DNA of 64,000 nucleotides from Phycisphaerales bacterium (GTDB lineage Bacteria > Planctomycetota > Phycisphaerae > Phycisphaerales > UBA5793). Under the pieces are notes generated by a model. The model worked only from the letters and a program-made list of their open reading frames with translations, searched no databases and was not told the DNA's origin. The stretch is taken from positions 49,881 to 113,880 of the forward strand of contig JAPKGW010000011.1 of the NCBI GenBank assembly GCA_026647365.1, read 5' to 3'. This document shows positions 1 to 9,900 of this stretch, piece after piece; position 1 is the first letter of the stretch; each line of letters starts with the position of its first letter. The position numbers and the translations under genes were made by a program.

Positions 1-3
1 CTT

Positions 4-130
4 ACCACGAAGAGCACAAAGTCACCAAGGAGGCACAAGGGTAGCGTCAAAGAACTGGATCAAATGATTCGGTGCATCAGACTCAGGATCTGCTTCGTGC
101 CCCTTTTGTGCCTTTGTGTCCTTTGTGGTG
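4..130. repeat. Imperfect ~30-bp inverted repeat built from GCACAAAGG-like 8-10 nt units (arms about 4-40 and 96-130)
   Basis: The left arm accacgaagagcacaaagtcaccaaggaggcac, aligned to the reverse complement of the right arm (accacaaaggacacaaaggcacaaaaggggcac), matches at about 22 of 30 positions. The spacer is about 55 nt. It sits directly upstream of the E2 gene and may be truncated by the window edge. Confidence 0.5.
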
Positions 131-146
131 AATGCAGGACGAGAAC

Positions 147-1478
147 ATGGCAACGAAAGATTTCATCCTCCCCGATCTCGGCGAAGGCGTGCATGAAGGC
201 CAGATTGTGCGCCTCATGGCCAGGACCGGCGACGCCGTCCGCGAAGATCAGCCGCTCATGGAGGTCGAGACGGACAAGGCCTCGGTCGAGATTCCCTCGC
301 CCTTCTCCGGCACGATCGCCAAGTGGCACGTGCAGGAAGGGCAGGCGGTCAAGGTCGGAGAGGTCATGGTGACGTTCGCCGACGGCCCCGCTGAATCGGG
401 CGAGGGAAACCTCGGCGCGGCCGAGCGTTCGAGTCCGGCGGCATCGTTGTCGGCCTCCATTGTGCGACCCGGCGCCGACAAGGCCGCAGCCAACGGCGGC
501 GTCGCCGTCGCCGCCCCGGCCGCTCGGCGTGCGCCCGCTTCCCCTGCCGTACGCAAACTGGCCCGCCAGCACAATCTTGACATCGAAACGATTCGCGGCA
601 GCGGCCCGGGCGGGCGCATCACCCGCGCCGACGTGGAGCGCGCCGCTTCCAGCGTTGCCCCGTCTCGCGCTGCAACCGACTCCGTCGCGCGCCTGCCGTC
701 TTCGCCTCCAATCGTGGGGCCGCGCCCTGCGCCCATCGCGGAACCAGTCGAACCTCCCGGCGCCTCGGATCATGACAACTGGGGTCCGGTCCGTCGCCAG
801 AAGAATTCAATGGCGCGAAGGACCATCGCCGCCAACATGGTCCAGTCGTGGACCACGATCCCGCACGTCACCGACAGCGATGATGCGGACGTGACCGACC
901 TCGACCGCCTCCGCCGCGGCTACCCGGCCCCGGAGAACGGGCAACGGAAGATCACCATGCTTGCGTTCGTCATCCGCGCCGTCGCCCGCGCGCTGACGAT
1001 GCATCCGGAGTTCAACGCCGTCTTCGACGCCGAGCACGATCAGATCGTGTATCGCCGCTACATCAACATCGCGATCGGCGTTCACACGGAGCGCGGCCTG
1101 ATCACGCCGGTGATCCGCAACACCGATCAACTGAGCGTCATCGAGATCGCCGACTCGCTCATTGACCTTTCTGCCAAGGCGCGCGAGGCGAAGTTCACCG
1201 TGAACGACACGCGCGGCGGGACGTACACGATCTCCAATCCCGGCGCGCTGGGGGGCAGCCGCTACAGCACGCCCATTATCCCACCCGGCCAGTGTGCCGT
1301 GCTCGCGCTGGGGCGCATGCGCCTCATGCCCTGGGTCGTTGACGGCGTCCTCCAGCCGCGTCTCATCCTGCCGCTGAGCCACTCCTTCGATCACCGCATC
1401 GCCGACGGCGGGCATGAGGTCGCCTTCATGCGGCAGATGATCGAATCGCTCGAGAATCCGGCCCGGCTGCTGCTCTGA
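147..1478 (+). CDS. 2-oxoacid dehydrogenase complex E2 (dihydrolipoamide acyltransferase)
   Basis: Lipoyl domain (MEVETDKASVEIPSPFSG), E3-binding segment (PAVRKLARQHNLDIETIRGSGPGGRI) and catalytic domain with DHRIADG. The second ATG at 147 gives the usual MATKDFILPDLGEG start; the track ORF starts at 132. Confidence 0.85.
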   Translation: MATKDFILPDLGEGVHEGQIVRLMARTGDAVREDQPLMEVETDKASVEIPSPFSGTIAKWHVQEGQAVKVGEVMVTFADGPAESGEGNLGAAERSSPAASLSASIVRPGADKAAANGGVAVAAPAARRAPASPAVRKLARQHNLDIETIRGSGPGGRITRADVERAASSVAPSRAATDSVARLPSSPPIVGPRPAPIAEPVEPPGASDHDNWGPVRRQKNSMARRTIAANMVQSWTTIPHVTDSDDADVTDLDRLRRGYPAPENGQRKITMLAFVIRAVARALTMHPEFNAVFDAEHDQIVYRRYINIAIGVHTERGLITPVIRNTDQLSVIEIADSLIDLSAKAREAKFTVNDTRGGTYTISNPGALGGSRYSTPIIPPGQCAVLALGRMRLMPWVVDGVLQPRLILPLSHSFDHRIADGGHEVAFMRQMIESLENPARLLL

Positions 1479-1506
1479 GGCCAACCGAAAGGCGCGAGGC
1501 ACACGC

Positions 1507-2886
1507 ATGGTCGTCGGCGAGTTCACGCAGGAGGCGAATCTGGTCATCATCGGCGCCGGGCCGGGTGGCTACAGCGCCGCGTTCCGCGCGGCCGAACTCG
1601 GCCTCAATCCCGTCATCGTGGACAGCCGCAAGGACCTCGGCGGCATCTGCCTTCACGCCGGATGCATTCCCTCCAAGACGCTGCTGCACATCGCGGAGAC
1701 GATCAACATCGGCAAGCGGGCCGAAGCGTTCGGCGTGTCCTATGGCGAGCCGCGCATCGATCTTGACAAGGTCCGCGCGTGGGTGAGTCAGACGACGGAC
1801 CGGCTCGCGTCGGGGTTGGCGAACCGGGCGAAGAACCTCGGGGTCGAGATCGTCACGGGCCGCGCGACGTTCGATGATGGGAGAAGCCTCTCGATCCACG
1901 GCGGCTCGGTCCCGCGTTTCAGATTCCGCAGGGCGATTCTCGCCGTCGGGGCACGTGCGATTGAGCACGCGGCCGCTCCCTTCGACAATCGCCTCATCAT
2001 CGATCCCTGGCAGGCGCTGCGGCTCGAACGCGTGCCGGCGCGCCTGCTCGTCATCGGCGCGGGCGCTCCAGCCGTGGAACTCGCTTCGATCTACGCAGCG
2101 CTGGGAAGCAGGGTCACCCTCGCCTTCGAGCAGGCCCAGTGCCTGCCCGCGGCGGATACCGATCTGGTTCGGCCGCTTCAGCGCCAGCTTGCCGAGCGGC
2201 TCAAGGCCGTGATGCCAGGTGCGACCGTCGCGGAGATGCGAGTCGTTGCAGAGGAAGTCAAAGCCACATTCATCTCCGGCGACAAGAGCGAGTCGCAGGC
2301 TTTCGACGCCGTCATCGTCGCGCTCGGACAGCGCGGCAACACGGGCGATCTCGGCCTCGAGAACACGAAAGTGAAGATCGACGCCGAGGGCTTCGTCGAG
2401 ATTGATGAGCAGATGCACACGACCGAGCCGCGCATCATGGCGGTGGGTGACGTGACCGGACGGCCGTGGACTGCGGACCGCGCCCTGGCGCAGGGCCGCG
2501 TGGCCGCGGAGGTCGCCGCCGGCTGGAACAGCGCCTTTGACGCCCGCGCCGTGCCGCGCGTCGCCTTCACCGATCCGCAGATCGCGTGGTGCGGCCTCAC
2601 CGAGGCCCAGGCGAACAGCCAGGGCGTTGCGCACAAGGTGGCCAAGATCCCCTGGGGCGCTTCGGGCCGCGCCGTCGGAATGAACCGCGCCGACGGACTC
2701 ACCAAGCTCATCTACGACCCCGACACGAAGATGGTCCTCGGCGTGGGCATCGTCGGCGCCGGCGCGGCGGAGATGATCGGCGAAGGCGCCCTCGCCGTCG
2801 AGATGGGCGTCGAACTCGACGACCTCGCGGGGACGATCCATCCGCATCCGTCGATGTGTGAACTGCTCGGCGATGCGGCGCGGTGA
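1507..2886 (+). CDS. lpdA: Dihydrolipoyl dehydrogenase (E3)
   Basis: FAD motif IIGAGPGGYSAA, redox-active disulfide CLHAGCIPSK and C-terminal HPHPSMCE (His-Glu dyad region). It lies 28 nt downstream of E2. Confidence 0.9.
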   Translation: MVVGEFTQEANLVIIGAGPGGYSAAFRAAELGLNPVIVDSRKDLGGICLHAGCIPSKTLLHIAETINIGKRAEAFGVSYGEPRIDLDKVRAWVSQTTDRLASGLANRAKNLGVEIVTGRATFDDGRSLSIHGGSVPRFRFRRAILAVGARAIEHAAAPFDNRLIIDPWQALRLERVPARLLVIGAGAPAVELASIYAALGSRVTLAFEQAQCLPAADTDLVRPLQRQLAERLKAVMPGATVAEMRVVAEEVKATFISGDKSESQAFDAVIVALGQRGNTGDLGLENTKVKIDAEGFVEIDEQMHTTEPRIMAVGDVTGRPWTADRALAQGRVAAEVAAGWNSAFDARAVPRVAFTDPQIAWCGLTEAQANSQGVAHKVAKIPWGASGRAVGMNRADGLTKLIYDPDTKMVLGVGIVGAGAAEMIGEGALAVEMGVELDDLAGTIHPHPSMCELLGDAAR

Positions 2887-2914
2887 AGCGCGCGGCGAGC
2901 TCGTCGATTGATGC

Positions 2915-2985
2915 GAAGACGCAAGCGACGCCGCGAATGTTTGCCGCGATGTTCGTCCAGCGCGCCCGACGTCGCTTGCGACTTC
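2915..2985. terminator. 16-bp inverted repeat (one mismatch) between convergent lpdA and paaY; possible bidirectional terminator
   Basis: gaagacgcaagcgacg (2915-2930) pairs with cgtcgcttgcgacttc (2970-2985). The loop is 39 nt and there is no clear U-tract. Confidence 0.3.
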
Positions 2986-2988
2986 GCC

Positions 2989-3585
2989 TCACTTCCGCTC
3001 ATGCTTCGGCGCATACCGGTGCAGCGGGACGCGCGGACGCTGGTCTTCCACCTCGCGCAGCGGCTCCACTTCGCGCATCGTCGCGTTGTAGTTCCGCGCC
3101 AATTCCTGGTAGATTTCCGTCCCCTGCGTTTTCCACTTCACTTCGTCATCCGAGAGTCGACGGATGACCCTGGCGGGAATGCCGGCCACCAGCGTGCGCG
3201 GCTCGACGATCATCCCGGCTTTCACGAACGTGAGCGCCGCCACGAACGCTTCCTCGCCGATCACCGCGTCGTCCATCACGACCGCGAGCATGCCGACCAT
3301 CGCGTTGCGCCTGATTGTGCAACTGTGCAGAACGGCGCCGTGGCCGATGTGCCCGTTCTCTTCGACGACGACGTTCTTGCCGGGGAAGCAGTGCAACGTG
3401 CAATTGTCCTGCACGTTGCAGCCGGCCTTGAGAATGAGCTGCCCGATGTCGCCGCGCAGCGAAGCGCCGGGTCCGACGAGGCACGCCGGCCCGACGATCA
3501 CGTCGCCGACGAGCGACGCCGTCGGATGCACGAACGCCGTCGCATCCACGACCGGCCGCACACCCATGAACTCATAACACGGCAT
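2989..3585 (-). CDS. paaY: PaaY-type hexapeptide-repeat (gamma-carbonic-anhydrase-like) thioesterase/acyltransferase
   Basis: MPCYEF.G..PVV...AFVHPTA.L.GDVIVG...GP.ASLRGD...L....G.N.QD.C..H ... GHIGHGA.LH.C.I is near-collinear with the PaaY/CaiE family over the full length. Confidence 0.8.
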   Translation of the reverse strand: MPCYEFMGVRPVVDATAFVHPTASLVGDVIVGPACLVGPGASLRGDIGQLILKAGCNVQDNCTLHCFPGKNVVVEENGHIGHGAVLHSCTIRRNAMVGMLAVVMDDAVIGEEAFVAALTFVKAGMIVEPRTLVAGIPARVIRRLSDDEVKWKTQGTEIYQELARNYNATMREVEPLREVEDQRPRVPLHRYAPKHERK

Positions 3586-3626
3586 GGGACATCACCTCGC
3601 GTGATTGCCGCAGCGATGAACGGACG

Positions 3627-5303
3627 TCAGCCCGCCACAGGTATCCGGCTCTGCACGATGCGGAAGCGATTGGCGACGAAGGCGCCGTCGCAGAGCGTCG
3701 CGTTGCCGGCCGGATTGGCGCCCGACACGTGGAAGTCGCTGAACGCCGCCGCCTGGTTCACCCATATCGAGCCGGTGAGGTTGCACGAGAGGGCCACGCC
3801 GGCGTCCATCGCCGCCTCCTCCGCCTTCTCGATGACCTTCGGGTTCGTCGAGTAGATCGCGCAGGTGATGGCCCCCTTCTCGCGCGCGATGTCCGCGGCG
3901 AGGCGGATGCTCTCATCGGTGCCGGCAGTCGCGATGACGTAGGCGATCGGGCCGAACATCTCGCGCGCGAACTTCTCGCGATCCTTCGACTCCGCCCTGA
4001 GAATGATCGGGCTGCGCACGCGGGCCTTGGGAAACGCCTCGTTGACCACCGGCTTCGACTCGCGCAGGACCGGCAGGCCCTGCTGCTTTGCCTCGTCGAC
4101 GCGCCGGGCGGTGTTCTCGTTCTGGATCGCGCCGAGGACTTCGGCGGCGCGCTTGGGCTCGCTGAGGAACCAGTCGACGGCCTTGACGATCGCACCGGCA
4201 ACTTCATCAAACGACTTGTGTCCTTCGGTCGTCTCGATGCCATCGCGCGGAATGAAGATGTTCTGGCTCGTCGTGCACATCTGGCCGGAGTAGAGGCTGA
4301 GCGTAAAGGCCAGATTGCCCGTAACGGCCTTGAGATTGTCGACGCTGTCGATGATGACGGAGTTGACGCCCGCCTTCTCGGTGTGGACGACGGCGTGTTT
4401 CGCGTTCTGCTCGATCCACTCGCCGAAGGCGCTGGAGCCGGTGTAGTCGATGATCTTCACCTCGGGCCGCTGAACGAGGGTCTTGGTGATGGGAGCATTC
4501 GCTTCGTCCGCCGCGAGGGTAATGACGTTCGGATCAAAGCCCGCTTCACGCAGCACCTCGCGCGCGATCTCCACGGTAATCGCCAGCGGCAGGATCGCGC
4601 CGGGATGCGGCTTGACGATCACCGCGTTGCCCGTGGCGAGGCTGGCGAAGATCCCCGGATAGCCGTTCCACGTCGGGAAGGTCGAGCAGCCGATGGTCAG
4701 CGCGATCCCGCGCGGCACGATGCGGAACGTCTTGCGCAGCGTCACCGTCTCTTCCTTGCCGACGCGCTTGGACCAGATCGCCTGCCGCGGCGTGCGGGTC
4801 ATCTCCTCATAGGCATACGCGACGGCCTCGAGGCCCCGGTCCTGCGCGTGCGGCCCGCCGGCCTGGAAGGCCATCATCCACCCCTGCCCCGTCGTGTGCA
4901 TCACCGCCAGCGCCATTTCGAAACTGCGCCGATTGAGGCGGTTGAGGATTTCGAGGCACACGCCGATCCGCGCTTTGACGTCGGCCCGCTTCCAACCCTC
5001 CCACGCCTTGCCCGATGCGGCGATGAGCGAGTCGAGATCCACTCGGGGATACCTGATCCCGAGCGACAGGCCATAAGGCGACGCTTCCGCCCCGACAGCG
5101 CCGGGTGCGCCGGGGTGGGCGGTAAGGATGAAGGGCTTGTTGAGGCGCGCTTCGAAGGCCTTCTGGCCGTCGTCCTTGGCGCTCTCGCCGTAGACCTTTC
5201 CGCTGGGGATTTCGGGGTACGCGCTCCAGCAGGCGCGCTCGCGGATGGCCTTGAGGGCGCTGTCAAGCGTGGCGCGGTGGGCGGTGAAGAATGATTGACT
5301 CAC
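3627..5303 (-). CDS. paaN: PaaN-type (about 550 aa) aldehyde dehydrogenase family protein
   Basis: ALDH superfamily with catalytic Cys in LYSGQMCTTSQNIF. The N-terminus FFTAHRATLDSALKAIRERACWSAYPEIPSGKVYGE is typical of the long PaaN class. GTG start preceded by AAGAGGA. Confidence 0.6.
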   Translation of the reverse strand: MSQSFFTAHRATLDSALKAIRERACWSAYPEIPSGKVYGESAKDDGQKAFEARLNKPFILTAHPGAPGAVGAEASPYGLSLGIRYPRVDLDSLIAASGKAWEGWKRADVKARIGVCLEILNRLNRRSFEMALAVMHTTGQGWMMAFQAGGPHAQDRGLEAVAYAYEEMTRTPRQAIWSKRVGKEETVTLRKTFRIVPRGIALTIGCSTFPTWNGYPGIFASLATGNAVIVKPHPGAILPLAITVEIAREVLREAGFDPNVITLAADEANAPITKTLVQRPEVKIIDYTGSSAFGEWIEQNAKHAVVHTEKAGVNSVIIDSVDNLKAVTGNLAFTLSLYSGQMCTTSQNIFIPRDGIETTEGHKSFDEVAGAIVKAVDWFLSEPKRAAEVLGAIQNENTARRVDEAKQQGLPVLRESKPVVNEAFPKARVRSPIILRAESKDREKFAREMFGPIAYVIATAGTDESIRLAADIAREKGAITCAIYSTNPKVIEKAEEAAMDAGVALSCNLTGSIWVNQAAAFSDFHVSGANPAGNATLCDGAFVANRFRIVQSRIPVAG

Positions 5304-5332
5304 GGATTAATCCTCTTGTGTCCTCTTGAAAC

Positions 5333-5367
5333 GCACCCCACGATTCGCAGAGCCTCATCGTGGGCGT
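5333..5367 (-). repeat. REP-like hairpin repeat, copy 1 (short-loop subtype)
   Basis: gcaccccacgattcgcagagcctcatcgtgggcgt is the exact reverse complement of copy 3 (5703-5737). The stem is CCCACGAT/ATCGTGGG. It lies about 15 nt 3' of tRNA-Arg(CCT). Confidence 0.8.
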
Positions 5368-5382
5368 GGGTCGAATCTGAAG

Positions 5383-5456
5383 CGCACCCGGCGGGATTCG
5401 AACCTGCGACCTGCGATTTAGGAAACCGCTGCTCTATCCTGCTGAGCTACGGGTGC
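5383..5456 (-). tRNA. tRNA-Arg (anticodon CCT)
   Basis: Hand-folded 74-nt cloverleaf: acceptor GCACCCG/CGGGTGC, D arm GCTC-AGCAGGATA-GAGC, anticodon arm GCGGT-TTCCTAA-ATCGC, T loop TTCGAAT. There is one A-C mismatch in the T stem and no encoded CCA. Confidence 0.8.
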
Positions 5457-5570
5457 ACGAGGCGGCCCGTCCGCGGACCGCTCGACAAAGATACCGTCTA
5501 TACGATAGGGAGGCCAGCGGGCGATGCGGTTGCCCGTCCAAAGGCCGGTGCTACCCTCATCTCTGCGCGT

Positions 5571-5644
<74 letters not shown>

Positions 5645-5657
5645 TTCCAGTCCGCCC

Positions 5658-5737
5658 ACGCCCACGATGAGCGAGTTTTCGAGCGAATCGTGGGGTGCAT
5701 CGACGCCCACGATGAGGCTCTGCGAATCGTGGGGTGC
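5658..5737 (+). repeat. REP-like hairpin repeats, copies 2 and 3 in tandem (long-loop and short-loop subtypes)
   Basis: acgcccacgatgagcgagttttcgagcgaatcgtggggtgc (5658-5698) and acgcccacgatgaggctctgcgaatcgtggggtgc (5703-5737). They begin 14 nt 3' of tRNA-Arg(TCG). Confidence 0.8.
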
Positions 5738-5783
5738 ATCAAGTTCCCCCCCAGCGTCCCGATCGACCAGTCCGCACGGAGCG

Positions 5784-6956
5784 ATGATGAGCCGACTGAG
5801 TTCGAAGAAGCGCAAGGCGGCCCGCCGCCGCATCCGGCGTCCGCCTCCCGGCGCCAGCCCCGGCACGATCGCCCTCGACCCCGCCGCCGCCCCCTCGCGC
5901 ATCCGTGTCATCTCCTTTGGCGACGCGGGCGTGATGGACCGTGAGGCGACGAGTCCGTCCCAGATCAGCCTCGGTGAGAGCGGCCACGAGACAGTCTGGA
6001 TCAACATCGACGGCGTCGGAGACGGCGCCGCCATCGCCGCCATCGGCGAGCGCCTCGGCCTGCACATGCTCACCGTCGCGGACATCTGCAATGTCTACCA
6101 GCGGCCCAAGGTCGAGGAGTATGCGGACTACCTCTACATTGTCGTCCGCATGCCCAAGGCGAGCGGGGACATGCACACCGAGCAGATGAGCATCTGCCTC
6201 AAGGCCAAGGCCGTTGCCACGTTCCAGGAGTTCGCGGGCGACTGTTTCGATCCCATCCGGGCGCGGCTCAACGAGGCCAACGGCCGTTTCCGCCGGCGTG
6301 GGGCCGACTACCTTGCCTACGCCATCCTCGACGCGGCGATTGACTCGTATTTTCCGCTGCTCGAATCGCTCGGCGAGCGGCTCGAGGCCCTGGAGGAAGC
6401 AGTGCTCGCCAGTCCGCACGAGGGCATTCTCGGCGAATTGCACTCGATCCGGCGCAGCCTGCTGAGCCTCCGACGAGCCATCTGGCCGCTGCGCGATCCG
6501 CTCAACATGCTCCTGCGCAGCGAGACGCCGCTCATCTCCGCCGAGACTCGGGTCTATCTCCGCGACTGTTACGATCACGTCGTGCAACTCATCGACCTCG
6601 TCGAGGCGCACCGCGAGATGGCGACGGGCCTCATGGAGGTCTACCTCTCGCAGATCGGCCAGCGCACCAACGAGGTCATGAAAGTGCTGGCGATCATCGG
6701 CACCGTCTTCATGCCCCTCACCTTCATCGCCGGCGTGTACGGGATGAACTTCAGCCACGAGTCGTCTCGATGGAACATGCCTGAACTCTACATGAAGTGG
6801 GGCTATCCGCTTGTGCTGCTTCTGATGGCCGTGATCGGTCTGGGCACGCTGTGGTGCTTCAGGCGATTCGGGTGGATCGGCGGCGGGCGCCGAACGCGAG
6901 GCGAGAACGGCGGCGACGAGCGACGGGAGTCGCCCCCGAACGAGGTTCGGGGCTGA
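5784..6956 (+). CDS. corA: Magnesium/cobalt transporter CorA
   Basis: C-terminal two TM helices with FIAGVYGMNF (GMN signature). The track ORF from 5295 runs through both tRNAs and the repeats, so ATG 5784 (MMSRLSS...) is taken as the start. Confidence 0.85.
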   Translation: MMSRLSSKKRKAARRRIRRPPPGASPGTIALDPAAAPSRIRVISFGDAGVMDREATSPSQISLGESGHETVWINIDGVGDGAAIAAIGERLGLHMLTVADICNVYQRPKVEEYADYLYIVVRMPKASGDMHTEQMSICLKAKAVATFQEFAGDCFDPIRARLNEANGRFRRRGADYLAYAILDAAIDSYFPLLESLGERLEALEEAVLASPHEGILGELHSIRRSLLSLRRAIWPLRDPLNMLLRSETPLISAETRVYLRDCYDHVVQLIDLVEAHREMATGLMEVYLSQIGQRTNEVMKVLAIIGTVFMPLTFIAGVYGMNFSHESSRWNMPELYMKWGYPLVLLLMAVIGLGTLWCFRRFGWIGGGRRTRGENGGDERRESPPNEVRG

Positions 6957-6978
6957 GGCGGAGTCGGCGCTGAGATCG

Positions 6979-9900
6979 ATGCGGCTAACATCGCACATGC
7001 TCAGTCTTGGAACGAGTCCGGGGCGATGGCGCCGTTGGATGGGACTGGTGCCCGTGCGCCTCTGCTGCGCTGTACTGCTGCTGGCAGCGCCGATGTCGGC
7101 CCTGGGTCAGGAGGGTGAACCTCCGCCCGCCCAGCCTGCTGCGCCCGATCTTCCGTCTCTCGCCGGCGAAGTCCTCTCACGACTGTCCGAAAGCGAACGG
7201 GCGGGATTCGGCAGCGCGCTCGAACAGGTCGGGACGATTGAAGAGTCACGGCGGCAGTCGGCGCGCGACCTGCTCAACGCCATGCTGACCGATCTGCGAT
7301 CGATCGAGACGGCGCTGGCCAAAATCGCCGACCTGGAGCAGCGCGTCGCCAACGCGCCAGCGCTGATCGAGCAGATTCTCGCTGAACTTGCCCAGCCCCC
7401 GACGAGCGTCGATCCGCCCTCCGACCAGACCATTGCCCAACTCGAGTCGGGTCTCGCGCAAGCCGAGGCCGAGTTGCGGGCGGCGCGCGAAGACGCGACC
7501 GCTCTCGAGCGCGAGGCTGAATTGCGGACGAGGCTGCGCGAGGAGATACCGACGATCATCGCGCGGGCCCGTCAGGAGATTCAGCGCCTTGACGACGAGA
7601 TCACGGCCGCGTCGGCGACCAGCCCGACGGAGGTCATTCCGCGGCTTGAGCTGCTGAGACTCCTCGTGCAGCGGCGCAGCATCGAACAGTCGATCGTGGC
7701 GTCGGACCGTGAGCAGCAGTCGATCGAGGCGAGGCGCGATTCGCTGCGGGCGCGCCAGGACCGGGCCACGCGCCGGGTAACGACGGCCGAGCGCCGCGTT
7801 GAGGCGTGGCGGGCGCGGCTCAATGAGGCGCGCGAAGCGGAGGCGCGGCGAGTCGCGGCCGAGGCCAAGCAGGCCCTCCGTCGAGCGGCCAATGAGCACG
7901 AGTCGATCAAAGCCCTGCTCGAAGAGCGCACCGAACTGGCCGCCCTGCACGAGCGGCTGGTCGGTCAGTTTCAGCAGGTTCAGCGCCAGCGCCAGGCGCT
8001 CGAAGCCCAGATGCAGGCCATCCGGGCCGAGTTTCTCCGCAGTTTCGAGGAGATCGAGCGGGCCGGTCTCACCAACACCGTCGGGATCATCCTGGGATTG
8101 CGCCGCAGCGAACTGCCGAGCCTCGCGCTTCACGAGCAGCAGATTCGCCGCAGGCAGCAGCAACTTGCCGAATCGCTTTCCACGCAGTTCGCCAAGGAGA
8201 GGCGCCGCGATGAAGTCAAGGACATCGGCGTGGCCGTCGAACGCCTGCTGGCGGGACTGGACGATTCGATCTCGGCCGAGCAGCGCAGCGCCATCACCGA
8301 GCGCGCGACTGAAGAGTACCGGGCCGTCAGCGAACTGCTCGGAAAGATCATCGAGACCAGCCGCGATCTGAGTGAGCAACTCTCCGAAGCGGATGCGGCT
8401 GAGCGCGCACTGGTCGCGGTAACGCGAGAATACGCCACTTTCATCGACGCGCGCATCCTGTGGATCCGAAGCACCAAGCCGCTGTCGTGGTCGGATCTGA
8501 ACGCGGCGGGCGAGCACGCCCTGCGCTTCGGCCGGCGATCACTCTGGGTGCGCTCGTGGACGACATTCCGCGAGAGCGTAACGGCCGACCCTGCCTCTCT
8601 GAGCATGCTCGTCATCCCCGCGGGAGCATGGCTTCTGCTGCTGCTCTCTTCGGGTCGCATCGTGCGAGCCAGGGAGCATCTGGCCGACGAACTGACGCGC
8701 GACAAGATGCACCCTTCGTTTCGACCGACTTACAAGGCGATGGGCCTGGTGCTGCTGTCCTCGCTGCGCTGGCCGGCGCTTCTCCTGCTCGTCTCATTGG
8801 TGATGAGGGTAAGCGCCGAGGCGCCGGCGGCCGTGCAGGCAATCGCCCGGGGCCTGCAGTCTGCGTCTTTCATCTGGCTGGCGCTGGAGGTGGCGCGGAA
8901 GGCGTGCAGCAACGGAGGATTCGCCGAGGTTCACCTCCGCTGGCCGCGCGAGGCGACGACGGCTCTGCGACGCCACCTCCTCTGGTTTGTCGCGTTCGTG
9001 GTTCCGGCCGAGGTCGCCTTCCGCATCGTCAACTCGGAGGGCCACGAACTCTCGAGCGAGCCGCTCGCGCGGCTGTTGTTCATCGCAGGAATGCTCGTCC
9101 TGTTCCTTTTCATTCAGCGCACGCTGCGGCCGCACGGCCCGGTGCTGCGGGCGTACTTCGATCCGATCCGAGGGGGCTGGCTGGCGCGGCTGAGCGGCGT
9201 GTGGTTCGTCGTGCTCCTCCTGCTGCCGCCCTTCCTCGCTGCGCTGACGGGCCTGGGTTACTTCTACTCTGCCCAACGTTTGCAGGCGAGCCTGAGCAAG
9301 ACCATTCTCCTCGGCCTGTTCATGGTCATCATCTCGGCTCTCTTCTACCGCTGGTTGTGGGTGGCGAGGCGGCGCGTGGCGATCGATCAGGCCCTCAAGC
9401 GCCGCGAAAACATTCAGCAGCAGGCCGAGAGCGATTCGGCCACCACGCCGGACGTGAACTACCTCACTGAGGATGAGATCGACCTGCCCGCCGCCAACGC
9501 GCAGACCATTCAACTCTTCCGCAGCGCCGCGGTCCTGACGACGCTTCTCATACTCTGGGCCATCTGGATCGACGTCCTGCCGGCCCTGGGAGTCCTCGAG
9601 CGGTTCCAGGTCTGGCCGCGCTTCGGTCCGGTCGAGATGGCGATGGAGCGGCCGGCGAGTCTCAGCGCCGCCGTCGATTCAGCGTCACCACGGGTGACCA
9701 GCGGTGACTCCGCGGCGCCCGCGCCTTCAACAGGCGGTTCGGACCAGGTCGTCAGCCCCGTGTCGCCGATGATCCCGCAGCCCGGGCCGTCCGACTCCTC
9801 GGGCGCCGGCCCAGCCGCGGTTGAGTCGGTGACCGTGGCGGACCTCATGATGGCGATCATCATCGGAGTCATCACGCTGGTGCTCACGCGCAACATTCCC

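Noticed and set aside
5658-5737. The tandem repeat units, considered as a possible minimal CRISPR array.
   Set aside because: There are only two adjacent units separated by 4 nt and no spacers. The units are hairpins of a dispersed family also found singly at 5333 and 46762. No cas genes are present.
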